From: a virus
DNA length: 64,000 nt
Reading direction: 5' to 3' (one strand)
Virus record (IMG/VR): IMGVR_UViG_3300032323_003754
Span: 1 to 64,000 of that record
The notes under the pieces were generated by a model. The model saw only the letters and a program-made list of their open reading frames with translations. It did no database searches and was not told the DNA's origin. Shown here in pieces: positions 46,671-58,900 of this stretch. A program made the position numbers and the translations under genes. The stretch's first letter is position 1. Each line of letters begins with the position of its first letter.

Positions 46671-49600
46671 ATGGCAGGTACTAAAAATTCAATAAGTTCA
46701 TTACTAGCACAGTTTCTTAGACTGCAGAAAAATTCTCTGGAGATAATAAACAAACTAAGTAATGCTACGACATCTAAGCAAGACACCGTTAATGTGGAAT
46801 TCTTGGATGATAACAACGTTACGAGTATTGTTTCAATACCTTCCTGGGGTTATATTATAAATGAGATAAAGAGATTAGATTCCAATATTAAGACTTTAAC
46901 CGGTTTGGATGATGGAAATGCTAATGTTAGAAATGCAGATGGTACTGTTTCTAGAATATATCAGTCAAAGCCTCTTATTGATCCTATTGCTCCATCAACT
47001 TTACAAGTTCCATCGAACTTTAAATTTAGGAGCAATCATTTTTTTGAAAGCTTTTTAAACCCTTTATTATTTGTTACCTTTGATCTTGATGGTCAGGTTG
47101 ATCCTGGAACTAAAAGAGTTTTTGTTAAAAGAATCATAGCAAATACGTCAACTGATGCACAAAGAAATTATTTTGATACCAACTTAAAGGGTAGAAATGA
47201 TATCTCTGATGCTGATTATATGAACTCACTTTTTGGTCAGGGAATAACATATACTATAGACGAAAGTCCTGAAGATTTACCTTTACAGGTTATAAGATAC
47301 AGAGGAACTTTTTCGGTTCTAAGAGTTTTTGATCAGACATTACCTGTTACAGTAGGTGGACAGACAATCAATCAAAACGTAAGAAAATATAAACTTGATG
47401 TTGTATCGTATAAAGATACCATATCAAACTCAACAAATCCTGATAGACAATTAAAGATCGGAGATCTTTTAATGACCTCTACCGGAAGTAAATTTGAAAT
47501 TACCAATGTGGATATTTCAGAATCCACTGTGGTGTTAAAAAGAATTAATGGATATGACCCAGTACCTATTGGTCTTAATGCCTTAACACTTGCGTCCGAG
47601 ATGCTTTCTCCATTACAGCTTAATGTTAATGTTGGACATGATGAAAGACAAGCTATTTTTATAAAAGCTATTAATGACGAAAAAAATGTAACAGGATCTT
47701 CATACAGTAATGGTGTAGTATTTCATTCAAATGAGATGCTAATCAATACCACAGACGGTACAATGAATCTTGATGACTTTTATAAAAGTCAGGTTGCAGA
47801 CTTCGGTGCTCAGTTTCTTGGAAATACCAAAGAAAAGGTAATACCTTCGGTTTATGGTTTAACCCCCAATTCTCCTTCTTTAAGCGCTTCTAGTTTTAAA
47901 GTTGTACAGATCAATAAACAAATAACACAGACAAATACCTCCGAAAAATTTGCTAATACTGTACAGACCAAAGTAAAGCTTCAAAACGAGATCGAATCTA
48001 TTAATAAATCTATAGATCAAGCAAGAAGTGAAATATCTCAATTGGTTACAACCTCTGTTACAACATCTAGTGGTTCTACCAGAGAAAGCTTACTTTCTAA
48101 AATAGATTCATTAACAAAAGAAAAATCAACAAAGACTTCTTTATTACAAACAGTAATACAGGATCTAAATAACTTAACAGCAACTGCTCCAGAAATAACG
48201 GAATCTCCTAAATATAGAATCAGGGGATTCTGGCCAATGCCATCTCCAGTAACCGATGGAAAAACTGGAAATCAAGATGTAGTTCAATTTAGAGTTAGAT
48301 ATAGATATTTAACAAAGCAAGGAAATTCTACCTCTACCGACGAGATTAAATTTATTGATAACGACGGTACGGAAAGAAGGGCAACATACAGTAATTGGAT
48401 AGAGTATAAAACCGATATAAGAAAGAAAGGATACGATACCAATACTAAAAAATATTTCTGGTTGGATGAAGACGTTCAAAACGCAGACGTTCCTAATATT
48501 AATCAGGTTGATATACCTATAACAGCTGGTGAAAAAGTTGAAATTAAAGTTGCATCTGTATCAGAAGCAGGCTGGCCGTTAAATCCTTTAGAATCCGATT
48601 TTTCTGCACCGATTACTGTGGATTTTCCGGAAGAGTTTGTAACAGCTAACGGAAACTCTCAATATGTTGATCAAAACAAAAATGATCAAGTTCTAGTTTC
48701 TCTACAACAGGATCTATCTTCTAGAGGTTTAGATTCACATCTTTCTACCGCATTTAACAGCGGTGACAAATACTATGCACACGTGGCTGATACGATTTCA
48801 TCAGGATTTTTCGATTCGACCGGGAAATCCTTAGATCTGTACCAGAAAATACTTTCAATGGATAAAGAAATAGCATCTCTAAAAGCACTTATATCCGTTG
48901 CTAAAGGAGTTCTTTCTGTCTTTGTTAAGGATAACACGGGAAATATGATTAGCGTCAAGAGAGGATCGGTTGTTGAGTTATTTACTGGATATTATAACGA
49001 AATTTTAGATCTTACCAATTCTTCTAATTATGGAAAAATAGTTTCTTCTCTTTATACCATAGAGCTAAGAAATGATACTGCTTCTCCATTAGAATTATCC
49101 TCTGTTATTCCTGGGGGACAAAATTTAATAGCATTACCAAATACTGATGCAACGGCATCATCAGACTATAGAGATTTTAGAAAATATGATTTAACTCCAA
49201 TTTCCCTTACCGGAATTAAATCCACTGATGTGGCAATAGGATTAACAGGATCTAATTTTTTCATACATCCTTCTCCTTTCCAATCATCAAATTCCAATTC
49301 ACAATTTGTGTACTGTAGATACAAGAGTGTTGGTTTTGATGAAGATCTTTATTTTACTCCTCAATCTACTAGCGCATGGGACGAAAACACAGGGGTTAGC
49401 GGGATTCCTTTAGATCTAGGAATATTGCTACCATTTAATCCTACCGGAACATCTACACCTGGTGTTAGTAACTCGTTTGTTTGGGGTGGAACATATGACA
49501 CAGTAAATAAAATCCCACTAGGAAACGGAAAGCTAAACGAATTTTGCGTTCATATAGATCACCCAATAGTTTCTAATGAATCGAAGCAATCTTCTCCTAA

Positions 49601-50228
49601 GACTTTCAAAGAATTAGTTAAACCTTCTCAGGGACCTGTAGGAACAAGAGGATTTGTATATCCTGCATTTAGACATTCATCAGGTTTCGAGGCTTCGAGC
49701 ACCGAGGTATTTAGTCCTACTGTTACAAATCAAACAAAGGGATACCAGCAACTTGCATACAACAAAGTAGCTAATAATAGCTATGGCGTTGCTGGAGATA
49801 ATCAATCATACCCAGAAAAACTTGGATTTAGCCCTGATGATGAATTTTTAATAGGCAAATATTCATGTGGCTCTTATCTTTACATGGCACCTTCTAGCCA
49901 TTATCCTATACAGGTAGAAGGATCAACATCATTAGCAGTAAAAACTCTTTCTCCAGGAACAGAAAATGCAATAGTTATACCGGTTTTATTCCAGATGAGA
50001 TGTCAGGATAAACTAGGATTTGTTGGAGGATTTAGAAACAGTGGTACGATTAGAAACGTAACATATACCAAAAAAATAGGAATAGATATAAAAGTAAGTA
50101 ACGAAGAGGTATTTTCTTTTGATCTATCTATATCAGGAAGTTATACTAAATCAGCTCTAGCATCTCCGACATATTCGAATTTTAAAGACACTCTTGGATA
50201 TAGAAGATTTGACCAAGCCCAACCATAA
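46671..50228 (+). CDS. Large virion structural protein
   Basis: 1185 aa; internal coiled coil flanked by beta-rich regions. Confidence 0.55.
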   Translation: MAGTKNSISSLLAQFLRLQKNSLEIINKLSNATTSKQDTVNVEFLDDNNVTSIVSIPSWGYIINEIKRLDSNIKTLTGLDDGNANVRNADGTVSRIYQSKPLIDPIAPSTLQVPSNFKFRSNHFFESFLNPLLFVTFDLDGQVDPGTKRVFVKRIIANTSTDAQRNYFDTNLKGRNDISDADYMNSLFGQGITYTIDESPEDLPLQVIRYRGTFSVLRVFDQTLPVTVGGQTINQNVRKYKLDVVSYKDTISNSTNPDRQLKIGDLLMTSTGSKFEITNVDISESTVVLKRINGYDPVPIGLNALTLASEMLSPLQLNVNVGHDERQAIFIKAINDEKNVTGSSYSNGVVFHSNEMLINTTDGTMNLDDFYKSQVADFGAQFLGNTKEKVIPSVYGLTPNSPSLSASSFKVVQINKQITQTNTSEKFANTVQTKVKLQNEIESINKSIDQARSEISQLVTTSVTTSSGSTRESLLSKIDSLTKEKSTKTSLLQTVIQDLNNLTATAPEITESPKYRIRGFWPMPSPVTDGKTGNQDVVQFRVRYRYLTKQGNSTSTDEIKFIDNDGTERRATYSNWIEYKTDIRKKGYDTNTKKYFWLDEDVQNADVPNINQVDIPITAGEKVEIKVASVSEAGWPLNPLESDFSAPITVDFPEEFVTANGNSQYVDQNKNDQVLVSLQQDLSSRGLDSHLSTAFNSGDKYYAHVADTISSGFFDSTGKSLDLYQKILSMDKEIASLKALISVAKGVLSVFVKDNTGNMISVKRGSVVELFTGYYNEILDLTNSSNYGKIVSSLYTIELRNDTASPLELSSVIPGGQNLIALPNTDATASSDYRDFRKYDLTPISLTGIKSTDVAIGLTGSNFFIHPSPFQSSNSNSQFVYCRYKSVGFDEDLYFTPQSTSAWDENTGVSGIPLDLGILLPFNPTGTSTPGVSNSFVWGGTYDTVNKIPLGNGKLNEFCVHIDHPIVSNESKQSSPKTFKELVKPSQGPVGTRGFVYPAFRHSSGFEASSTEVFSPTVTNQTKGYQQLAYNKVANNSYGVAGDNQSYPEKLGFSPDDEFLIGKYSCGSYLYMAPSSHYPIQVEGSTSLAVKTLSPGTENAIVIPVLFQMRCQDKLGFVGGFRNSGTIRNVTYTKKIGIDIKVSNEEVFSFDLSISGSYTKSALASPTYSNFKDTLGYRRFDQAQP

Positions 50229-50238
50229 CTATTAAAGA

Positions 50239-53200
50239 ATGGCCGAAAAGAAAGACAAATACAAATCATCGTTTGGAGTAGTAAGAGCCAACCCTAGAAT
50301 TTCTGGTAATTTAAAACTTACCGTTGATTCAGGTTCTAATATATGGCTTAACTCTATAGATTCTAACGATGAAATGTCAAAGAACGAGTATAAAGGATAT
50401 AGGATATCTCCTGACGGAGATTTCTCTCAGGACGTTTATAACTTCTTTAATAAAGGAAAGACCCCAACTAATTTTATATTTGGTATAAAGAATGAGGAAA
50501 AACCACAAGAAACATATACAAGCTCGTTAGATCTTCAATATGATGGGTTTTATCACATGGGGGTTACCCCATTAATATCTGACGTTTATAGTGAAGACTT
50601 TTCATACCTTGCACCAATGTGGCTTGGTACGGACATTCCTAAATATTTTGTTATTTTTAGAGTAGATGATCCTATAGATTTTTCATATCTAGTAAAAGTT
50701 ACTTCATTAGAGATTGGAAAAAATTATAAGGTTATTGAAAATTACGGGGTGGATACAACATCTCCTCAGTATCAACAGTATCAAATTAAATCCGACGGAA
50801 TTACATATTCTTCAGGAACTATCTTTATTGCAACATCTTCAAACTTTACATCCTTATCCGGTAACGGTAGTGTTATTCTTTTGGATGGTAATTATAACAA
50901 GCAATTTGTAGGTGATATACAAGATCATTTCGTGGAGAATATACTTCCTAAATCGTCTGTTGTTGCAACCTTTTCCTTACAGGGGGATACTAAGGTAGGA
51001 AAATATATTAGAAAAATCCAGGCAAACTCAAATTATACGCAATCCCTGATTGATGTAAAGTTTGAACAAAATTCACTTAGCACATATAATGGCGTTTCTG
51101 TTAAAGATGGGGTATACACTAAAAAAGGAGAATACTTAAATTCTAACTTTGTTACCGATTCTACTGTCATAGAGTTAGACCAAATAGTTACTGATGGATT
51201 TAAAAGAAATGATATAATATCTTACAATCTATTAAATCTTGAGTTTTTATTTACTGACGAAAATGCAGATCTTTACACCATAAATAGATATTATGGATTT
51301 TATGTTGATGATATTACTACTGGAAAATTTAAACTTTCCGGAGAATCATTTTATCAAAACTCCCTAACTGAAGGAAATTTTCCGGAGCCTAAATCTGCTA
51401 CACAGATCTCCGATAAAATGACTTCATCTTTTTATCAAACTAACGAAAATGGGGTTAAACTATTTGTAGATCCTTCGTCTAAATGGGGATATGTTCCAAC
51501 ATCGGATGATGTACACATTAATGATAGATTAAAGATATTTTACGTAAAAGATAAAAATCATAATTTCCATTCATATAAGCAAGTTAAGGATTATCAAAAC
51601 TCTGCAACAGATAATGATAAATGGGGAACCGGTACACCGTCCGAAGATTTAATAATTCTCAAAAATAAAATAATAGATCTTTCTATTTTTTCCGGAGCGG
51701 ACAAAACTAAAACTAAAGAATATAAGGGCACTTTAACAAAATCTGGTGGAAGATCATACTCTACCATTAAAATAACAGACGAACTTACACCAAATGATGC
51801 AATAGTTCTTTATCACCCTTTTGGAGAAAACCTAATAAACAGTAGGAGATATGACTATTTTGTTGCATCAGATCTAACATACGTTAAACCCGGATGGGGT
51901 CCAGGAAGTTTTAGCGACGAAGGAGGTGCTTATTATTTTCATCCGTTTGGAACTAATGAAGAAATAGCATTGTCTATCACTAATGTTTTAAATAGCGTTA
52001 ATTATAAATCATATAGAGCTTTCAATTCTGGAAATGAGATTATTATCAGAACAGAAGGAAGCGATCGCAGAAACGATGGAATGTTTTCCCTTTTTATCTA
52101 TAAAGATTTTTACAACAAATCTCAGTTTACTGATACTGGAAAAATTTATTTTAACGACATTGATGGTAAGGATTTAACCGATGTGTTGAATTTTATAGGA
52201 GGTTCCGAGTACACCAATACTAGAATTAAGGTTACAAATATAGATGCTAGTAAAATCTCGGTAGATAAAAGTTACGTTAGAACTAATTTCGGTTTTTCTA
52301 AGGTTAAATTTATAGGAAAATGTATAGACTACGACCCGACTGAGATAGAGTTCAATCGTATAAAAAATTATGATACACATTCTGTAATAGAAATAGAAAA
52401 CAATACCCATACTATATTAGTAGGATCCAATAGTACAATCGTAGTAGAGGAATTAATTGATGTAGAGACCGGGGTATTTTCTATGTATGGTCTTAAAGAT
52501 CTGGACGTGGATTTCTGGTCCAGTAACTACGGAAAAACCCCAACTGAGGAGTATTATAGATATGTCGATGTCCAGCCTGATGGGATAACTCCTATTATAC
52601 AGGGTATAGACTATGCTGTAGCTTTAGGTTCTATTGTTGAATACATGGGTACTAACTATGGTCAAGGAGCTACTGCAGGATTCATTTTTAGAGGTGGAAC
52701 TGGTACTGCTTATAAACTAATTCAATCATCAAATACCTCCAGATCAAATGTGGTACCTGCACCCTTTGTTAATTCTATAACGAATGCAGCTTCTGGAATA
52801 AACGATCCTTTAGTCGATATTGATAAATTTCCTGGATTCCTGGGATTACAAGATATTAAATTTTTAAATGATACCTCTACTATACTAACAAAAGAGGATC
52901 AGATGTATTTTGGAAAGGTTGATAGTGAGTACGATGTATTAAAGGAAAATTATATCAGAAATCTTTCAAACGTATCTAGAGTTATTCCATATATCACTAA
53001 ATGGGTATATCAAGGGGGAATAGATGTTAGGGGAAATGATTATAGATTAAACTCTAGCCCTGCATTTACACCTCTTAACTTTTCACCTAGCTTTTTTAGT
53101 CCAGGAAGAGATCCTTTATATTTTACCAACGAGTGGTATTTATTAGAAAATCCTCCAATACTAGCAACACAAAAACTTATTGCGGATACAAATAATTATT

Positions 53201-55896
53201 GTACAGGGAGTATTTCTTTATCATCCTTACAAAATGCTGATCCTTCAGAGGAGGATTATTTTGTTAACTATTTTACTGTTGATGGAAACGACTACTACAA
53301 TTTAGATCCTGTTAAATTTAGTGAAATAAAAAGTAAGGCTGCAGATCAGAGATATACATATTTTACATACGATTCTGCATCCGGATTTTCTGAAACTCTA
53401 TTTAGAGGAGTTAAAGTTAGGATCAAAGAAAGAACCGATACTTCTTTAAAAACAAAAGAGAGAAACCTATTTAAGTCGGGGGATCAGAAATTTAAGGGTT
53501 ATAAGTTTTCTTGTATTCTTAAATCGATAGATGATCCAGATCCTTATTCTGTAACATCACCGGTCACGTTTAATGTTATACAGAATGATACATTCAAAAC
53601 TGTTACTCTGGTTATTACTATCATTAACAACGATCTAAGATTTACTGATTTTGAATCTCTGTCTGATGTATTGTATAATCCTAATTCGGATGCTAATCTT
53701 TTATTTAGCAGTGCTACTGGTTCTTGGTATTATAATCCGACTGGTATTTATGGAGGATCAGATTACTTTGGTTTATACTCCATTAGTAACAAATATAGAC
53801 ATTCGGTTACTGGTAGTTCTTCTTTATCTGAAAGAGCTAGATTATTAGGGGGAGGAACACTTTCATCTATGATAGGTGATGTTAAATTAAGCTCTGGGTT
53901 AAATGTAACCACTAGAGCAACCATAGGAATATCTTCTTATGTTGGATTTGATAGTTTTAATGGAAGCGGTATAATTCCTATAGTAGTTAATGAAGGATAC
54001 GACACAGATTTGAGAGAGGAAGTTAAATTCTTTTCTCCATCAACACCCGTTTCGGGTCCTTCTACTAGACCTTCTTCTTTTAGGGATCAATATACCCTAT
54101 TCTCTCCTAAACCTAATGACCCTGGTCAGTACTGGGAGAAAATACCTTGGCCTACCGGTGCTGGTAAAAACTATTTAAATTTTAATGAGGTATCTACGGT
54201 ATCTTCATATTTGTTTGATTTTACTAATCTTGGCTATAGCCCGCCATTATTTACCAAAGTCCCTGTTGCTATTTCTTACAGTATGATTCAAAATAAATCT
54301 GTATATCAATTTTCATCCGGTGAAAATTATTGGGAGTATGTTTTTAATAAAATATCATTTCCCGAGATTTATAAACTCTTTTCAGAAGATAATGGTTATA
54401 TTAATTACACCAGAACTTATTGGGATTCTTCTAGATCACTAACTGTCACTGAAAGCGATACGTATGTTTTAGAATTCACCAAACCATCATCGTTTATACA
54501 GAACTCAAGAAAAATCCCTCTGGAGGATAATTTTAAGCCTGAGAAATATTCAAATACACTAGTAGGATATCAGCTTATAAACGAAAACAGTGTTACTGAA
54601 TTTTTTAGATATGGCGGGGGATACTCTCCTAAATTCGTTGATGTCCTTCCTTTCTCTAATATAAAAGACGATTATTTAAGTTCGGATAGAAACAATCCTA
54701 ATTCTTTAGATGTTATAGTTTCACTTAGAGAAAAAACAAGAGAAGATTCTAAATTTTATGGAGTAGGATCAATCTATGAAATATTGATAGATGGATCGCC
54801 TAGGAAAAAATTAAGACTTGTTAAAGGAAACACCTATAATTTTATTTTTGATAATTTCCGTTCAACGCTTCATAGTGGAGCTTTCCCTATAAAGAAGGAT
54901 TTTGTAATATCCTTAGTTGAAAATTCGGGGGATCCCCAGAATTCGTACACTACAAAGTACACATTAGGAACGACAAGTTCAACTTTTACTGTTCCTGAAA
55001 ATATACCTAACGAAGTATATTATGAACTAGAGGGGGAAAACTTCTCTGGTGGATCCGCTACCATAGTTGAAAGTTTAGAATATAAAAATACAACATTCGG
55101 TATAGAAAAAGATTCTTTTGCAACTGTTAAGAATCTAAATTTCTATAAATATGCGAAATCAAATCCGTTCGGTATAGATCCTGAATCTGGATATAAATTA
55201 CAATATCCACTTATAGGAGAAACCCCAATAGACAGAAGAGATCTATTTATTTTTGAAAGTACCTGGGATGCTGGGAGATATCAAGAATATCTTGCCCCTA
55301 CGACATATCAATATCTACCAGGAACGAAGAATATGATAGAACAAAAATCTTTCTTAGGAAGTAAGGCAATGAAAACCCCGAATCTTATAAAAGAACAACT
55401 ACAGCTTAAATATCCTTCTTCGGTTAATGACGTTTTTAACTCAAATTCGGACCTTTATCCTAAGTATGAAATTATATGGGAAGAAACCGATACTGAGATA
55501 AAGGCCTTACTATTGATCAATAGAACAGCGATAAAGCATTTCCAGAAGGGTGGAATAGACAAGAGATTTTCAGAATTACTTGTTTCTGAGTTTGGTATCG
55601 GAAATGATACGACCTTAACTGACGATGTGGATGAATACATTAAAAATAACATTCTCCCACAATACGAAGCAAAAGAAATAAGCGTGTATATTAAAAAGAT
55701 ACAAATTACACCAGGTGTAGATTTACAACCAATAATTACAGATCTTTCTGACTATCAAAAGATCTCTAGTGGATTTTTAAAATCTACCAATAACGATATA
55801 ACAAAAAAATCACCTCTCGAGTATGAATTTAGACTTAGAAAAGATCCTTCTTTTGATTATTCAGTAGCTTTCTCTTTTCTGGTCGGAAAAATATAA
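50239..55896 (+). CDS. Very large virion structural protein
   Basis: 1885 aa beta-rich ORF directly before the tail fibre gene. Confidence 0.55.
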   Translation: MAEKKDKYKSSFGVVRANPRISGNLKLTVDSGSNIWLNSIDSNDEMSKNEYKGYRISPDGDFSQDVYNFFNKGKTPTNFIFGIKNEEKPQETYTSSLDLQYDGFYHMGVTPLISDVYSEDFSYLAPMWLGTDIPKYFVIFRVDDPIDFSYLVKVTSLEIGKNYKVIENYGVDTTSPQYQQYQIKSDGITYSSGTIFIATSSNFTSLSGNGSVILLDGNYNKQFVGDIQDHFVENILPKSSVVATFSLQGDTKVGKYIRKIQANSNYTQSLIDVKFEQNSLSTYNGVSVKDGVYTKKGEYLNSNFVTDSTVIELDQIVTDGFKRNDIISYNLLNLEFLFTDENADLYTINRYYGFYVDDITTGKFKLSGESFYQNSLTEGNFPEPKSATQISDKMTSSFYQTNENGVKLFVDPSSKWGYVPTSDDVHINDRLKIFYVKDKNHNFHSYKQVKDYQNSATDNDKWGTGTPSEDLIILKNKIIDLSIFSGADKTKTKEYKGTLTKSGGRSYSTIKITDELTPNDAIVLYHPFGENLINSRRYDYFVASDLTYVKPGWGPGSFSDEGGAYYFHPFGTNEEIALSITNVLNSVNYKSYRAFNSGNEIIIRTEGSDRRNDGMFSLFIYKDFYNKSQFTDTGKIYFNDIDGKDLTDVLNFIGGSEYTNTRIKVTNIDASKISVDKSYVRTNFGFSKVKFIGKCIDYDPTEIEFNRIKNYDTHSVIEIENNTHTILVGSNSTIVVEELIDVETGVFSMYGLKDLDVDFWSSNYGKTPTEEYYRYVDVQPDGITPIIQGIDYAVALGSIVEYMGTNYGQGATAGFIFRGGTGTAYKLIQSSNTSRSNVVPAPFVNSITNAASGINDPLVDIDKFPGFLGLQDIKFLNDTSTILTKEDQMYFGKVDSEYDVLKENYIRNLSNVSRVIPYITKWVYQGGIDVRGNDYRLNSSPAFTPLNFSPSFFSPGRDPLYFTNEWYLLENPPILATQKLIADTNNYCTGSISLSSLQNADPSEEDYFVNYFTVDGNDYYNLDPVKFSEIKSKAADQRYTYFTYDSASGFSETLFRGVKVRIKERTDTSLKTKERNLFKSGDQKFKGYKFSCILKSIDDPDPYSVTSPVTFNVIQNDTFKTVTLVITIINNDLRFTDFESLSDVLYNPNSDANLLFSSATGSWYYNPTGIYGGSDYFGLYSISNKYRHSVTGSSSLSERARLLGGGTLSSMIGDVKLSSGLNVTTRATIGISSYVGFDSFNGSGIIPIVVNEGYDTDLREEVKFFSPSTPVSGPSTRPSSFRDQYTLFSPKPNDPGQYWEKIPWPTGAGKNYLNFNEVSTVSSYLFDFTNLGYSPPLFTKVPVAISYSMIQNKSVYQFSSGENYWEYVFNKISFPEIYKLFSEDNGYINYTRTYWDSSRSLTVTESDTYVLEFTKPSSFIQNSRKIPLEDNFKPEKYSNTLVGYQLINENSVTEFFRYGGGYSPKFVDVLPFSNIKDDYLSSDRNNPNSLDVIVSLREKTREDSKFYGVGSIYEILIDGSPRKKLRLVKGNTYNFIFDNFRSTLHSGAFPIKKDFVISLVENSGDPQNSYTTKYTLGTTSSTFTVPENIPNEVYYELEGENFSGGSATIVESLEYKNTTFGIEKDSFATVKNLNFYKYAKSNPFGIDPESGYKLQYPLIGETPIDRRDLFIFESTWDAGRYQEYLAPTTYQYLPGTKNMIEQKSFLGSKAMKTPNLIKEQLQLKYPSSVNDVFNSNSDLYPKYEIIWEETDTEIKALLLINRTAIKHFQKGGIDKRFSELLVSEFGIGNDTTLTDDVDEYIKNNILPQYEAKEISVYIKKIQITPGVDLQPIITDLSDYQKISSGFLKSTNNDITKKSPLEYEFRLRKDPSFDYSVAFSFLVGKI

Positions 55897-55900
55897 GGGA

Positions 55901-55908
55901 GATATATA
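55901..55908 (+). promoter_or_regulatory. Putative late promoter GATATATA
   Basis: 19 nt upstream of the tail fibre ATG at 55928. Confidence 0.6.
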
Positions 55909-55927
55909 TAAAAACTAATAGAGCGAG

Positions 55928-58900
55928 ATGCCGCAAATAAACATACTAAATATTCTTCCTGGTGATCAACAATCAATACTAGTTGACAAGGTTAATTATA
56001 ACTTTGACCAGATATTAACAGCTGGTGGAGGACCACAAGGACCGCAAGGTATTAGGGGTGCTACAGGGGCTATAGGACCTCAAGGAATTCAGGGACCTAC
56101 CGGACCTCAGGGATTAAGAGGAGCTAGATGGTACGTACAGCCATCTGCACCAGCTACTGGAAATCTTTTAAATACCCCTTGGGGGGAACCTGAACTTGGA
56201 GATTATTGGCTTTCTGGAACAAGCGATGCTAATCCTCTTGGCGTATATGTTTATGATGAAACCGTCCCAGGAACACTTAATTGGGTATATTCTAATGTTT
56301 CTTTTAACAATACATCGGTATTTACTGCTATTGATAATCTGAATAACACAAATGACAGGGCTTTAATTCACGATACGGAGTTTAGTAATAAATATGGACT
56401 AGTTCTTAGTGATTACGGTGTTGTTGGCGGGGAAACTAATTTCAATTATGATTCTGCATTTGTTAGTAAATTTACAATAAACGCAGAAAGAGCTAAATTA
56501 AAAATAGCTACTGATCCTGTGCAGGGTGCATCATCTTTGATTTCATTTGGTCGTGCAAATCTGGATAACGCAAACGGAGAAACTGGAGCTTCTTTCAGTC
56601 AAGGACACAACCCAAGATTTCAATGGAAAGTACCAGCCGCAACGAATGCTAATTATGATATTCAATTTTTTAGCCCCGTTGGAAATTTCGAGATACTTGC
56701 ATCTGCTAGCACGTTTGGTGTAACTGGAGCAAATATTAGAATGTATGCTTCCTCTAATATAACATTAATAGGAAATACATTTACAATCACTAGAACAGGA
56801 GCGGGTAACACATATACCTCTACAGGGACTGGAACTTATGATGTGAGTGGATCTCAAATAAGATTTTCTCCAACATACACAGATACTATAGGTAATTTTA
56901 TAGTTGGAGACGCTGTTAATACTGGTGGATCTAAAGGTATAGTTATTTCAACATCTGCAAATACCCCAGGAAGATCCTTAGTATTTAAAAGTCATCAATC
57001 TTTAGCTACTGATTCTGCTTATGGTAAAATAGCAGCAGAAAAGCAAAACGGAACATCCCCGGTTTCTAGTATAGGGTTTGTAGCAGATGGTACAGGTACA
57101 AGAATAGATTTTTCTGTAAGTAACGGAAGTTCAAACGATTTAAATAGATTAAGACTTGATAAAGATGGTAACCTACAATTTAGAGCGGTTGATTCTTCGA
57201 TTTATATGCAGGACGTTGGTACTGGTGCTGCCGGATTAAATCTTTCTATATCTGCAGGATCAGGTGGAGGCGGTGGTAATCTGATACTAAACGGAGGATC
57301 CGTTCCTGGAGGATTTACAAGCGGTAAGGTTATTATAAATCCCGGAGCAGTTGCTTCGGGGTCTGGATCTAGTCTTGGTAGTGTTTATTTACATACTACC
57401 CAATCCAATAAAACAAACGTCAGTGGTGTTTCTATAGGAATAGATTCTAACACATCAGTTGATGCAGCATTAGTAGTTGCAGATACCAACTATAACATAC
57501 CTGCAGGAGATATATTCGAGCTTAAAACGTATGCACAAAGAGCAATTGCTAGAAACACGGATCTTTCAGTTGATACCTCTCATTTCTTTGGATTTGACGG
57601 AGATGGGTATGCAACTAAGGGCTTACCGTTCAACCCGACACTTGGATCTGGTGGATATGCATTATCCTCTGATAATTATAATTTGGACTATTATGCAGAA
57701 GGGGATTGGAACAGTAGTTTATCTCTAACTACTATAGGATCAGTTGCTGGCTGGGATTCAAGTAAATATAAAATAGTTAAATCTAGATTCACAAGAATAG
57801 GTGATACTGTTCAAGTGGATTTTGTTATAAAAATTGATTCTCTAACTTCCGGCATTGCTACACCTTCTCCTGCATCTAATGGATTTATGTATATTTCTGG
57901 ATTTCCTTATTCCCCAGATTTTAGTAGAGTTAGATTAGGAACTGCAACCAACTTATACACAGCACCTGCTATGCCACTTGTATCGATTAAAGGATCCGGA
58001 TTTGGTAATTCCATTAATACCGGAGGAGGAAATCCAGTAGGGACTATACAAATATATCCTGGTGCTAATATACCTGCAGGATGGCTAACCTGCGACGGGT
58101 CTGCTATATCAAGAACAACGTATGCTGATTTATTTGCGTCAATAGGAACAACCTACGGGAATGGTGACGGTGGAACAACATTTAACCTTCCAGATTTAAG
58201 AGGTAAATTTATTAGAGGTTTAGGTGGAAATTCGTTGGGATTAACAGAAACACAGGCTGATGAGATAAAATCTCACTCTCACGTTCTTAATTACAAAAAA
58301 GGAGCATCCGACGATAATGAATCAGGAATCTCTGGAGAATATATGAGAAAACTCGGTGCAGGAGGGGGATCCAATTATGGTAATGGAACAACTACCACGG
58401 AAACTTCAGGAAGCGGCATAGAAACCAGACCGGTCAATATGGCAATGAATTACATTATCTATGCCGGATCTACGTCAGGGGCTTCAACACAGACTGAACT
58501 TTCTGGTGCATTTGTTAACGAGAGTAATGGAAGATTTTATATCTATAATGGAAGCGGTAATTTGAACGTTTCTAATGTTCCTGCAGGAACTGGGGTTACC
58601 TCATATTTATATGGTAGTTTTAGTTATTTCACACTAAGTTCTACTACTTACAGTGGAATTGCTACTCCTAGTCCGATGGCACCACCACCTTCTCCAACTC
58701 CGACACCAACTCCGACACCAACACCGACGCCAACACCAACACCGACGCCAACACCGACGCCAACACCGACGCCAACACCGACTCCAACGCCAACACCGAC
58801 TCCAACGCCAACACCGACTCCAACGCCGACTCCAACGCCACAGCTATATTATTATCTTGTAGAAACTTGTGGTGGAGGTGAGCAATTTTATATTAGTACG

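Noticed and set aside
58694-58840. Tandem DNA repeat as CRISPR array or non-coding VNTR; overlapping 58653..58862 ORF (RQH repeats)
   Set aside because: 6-bp period with synonymous third-position variation and no spacers; it encodes Pro-Thr in the fibre frame, and the other ORF is a frame-shifted shadow.
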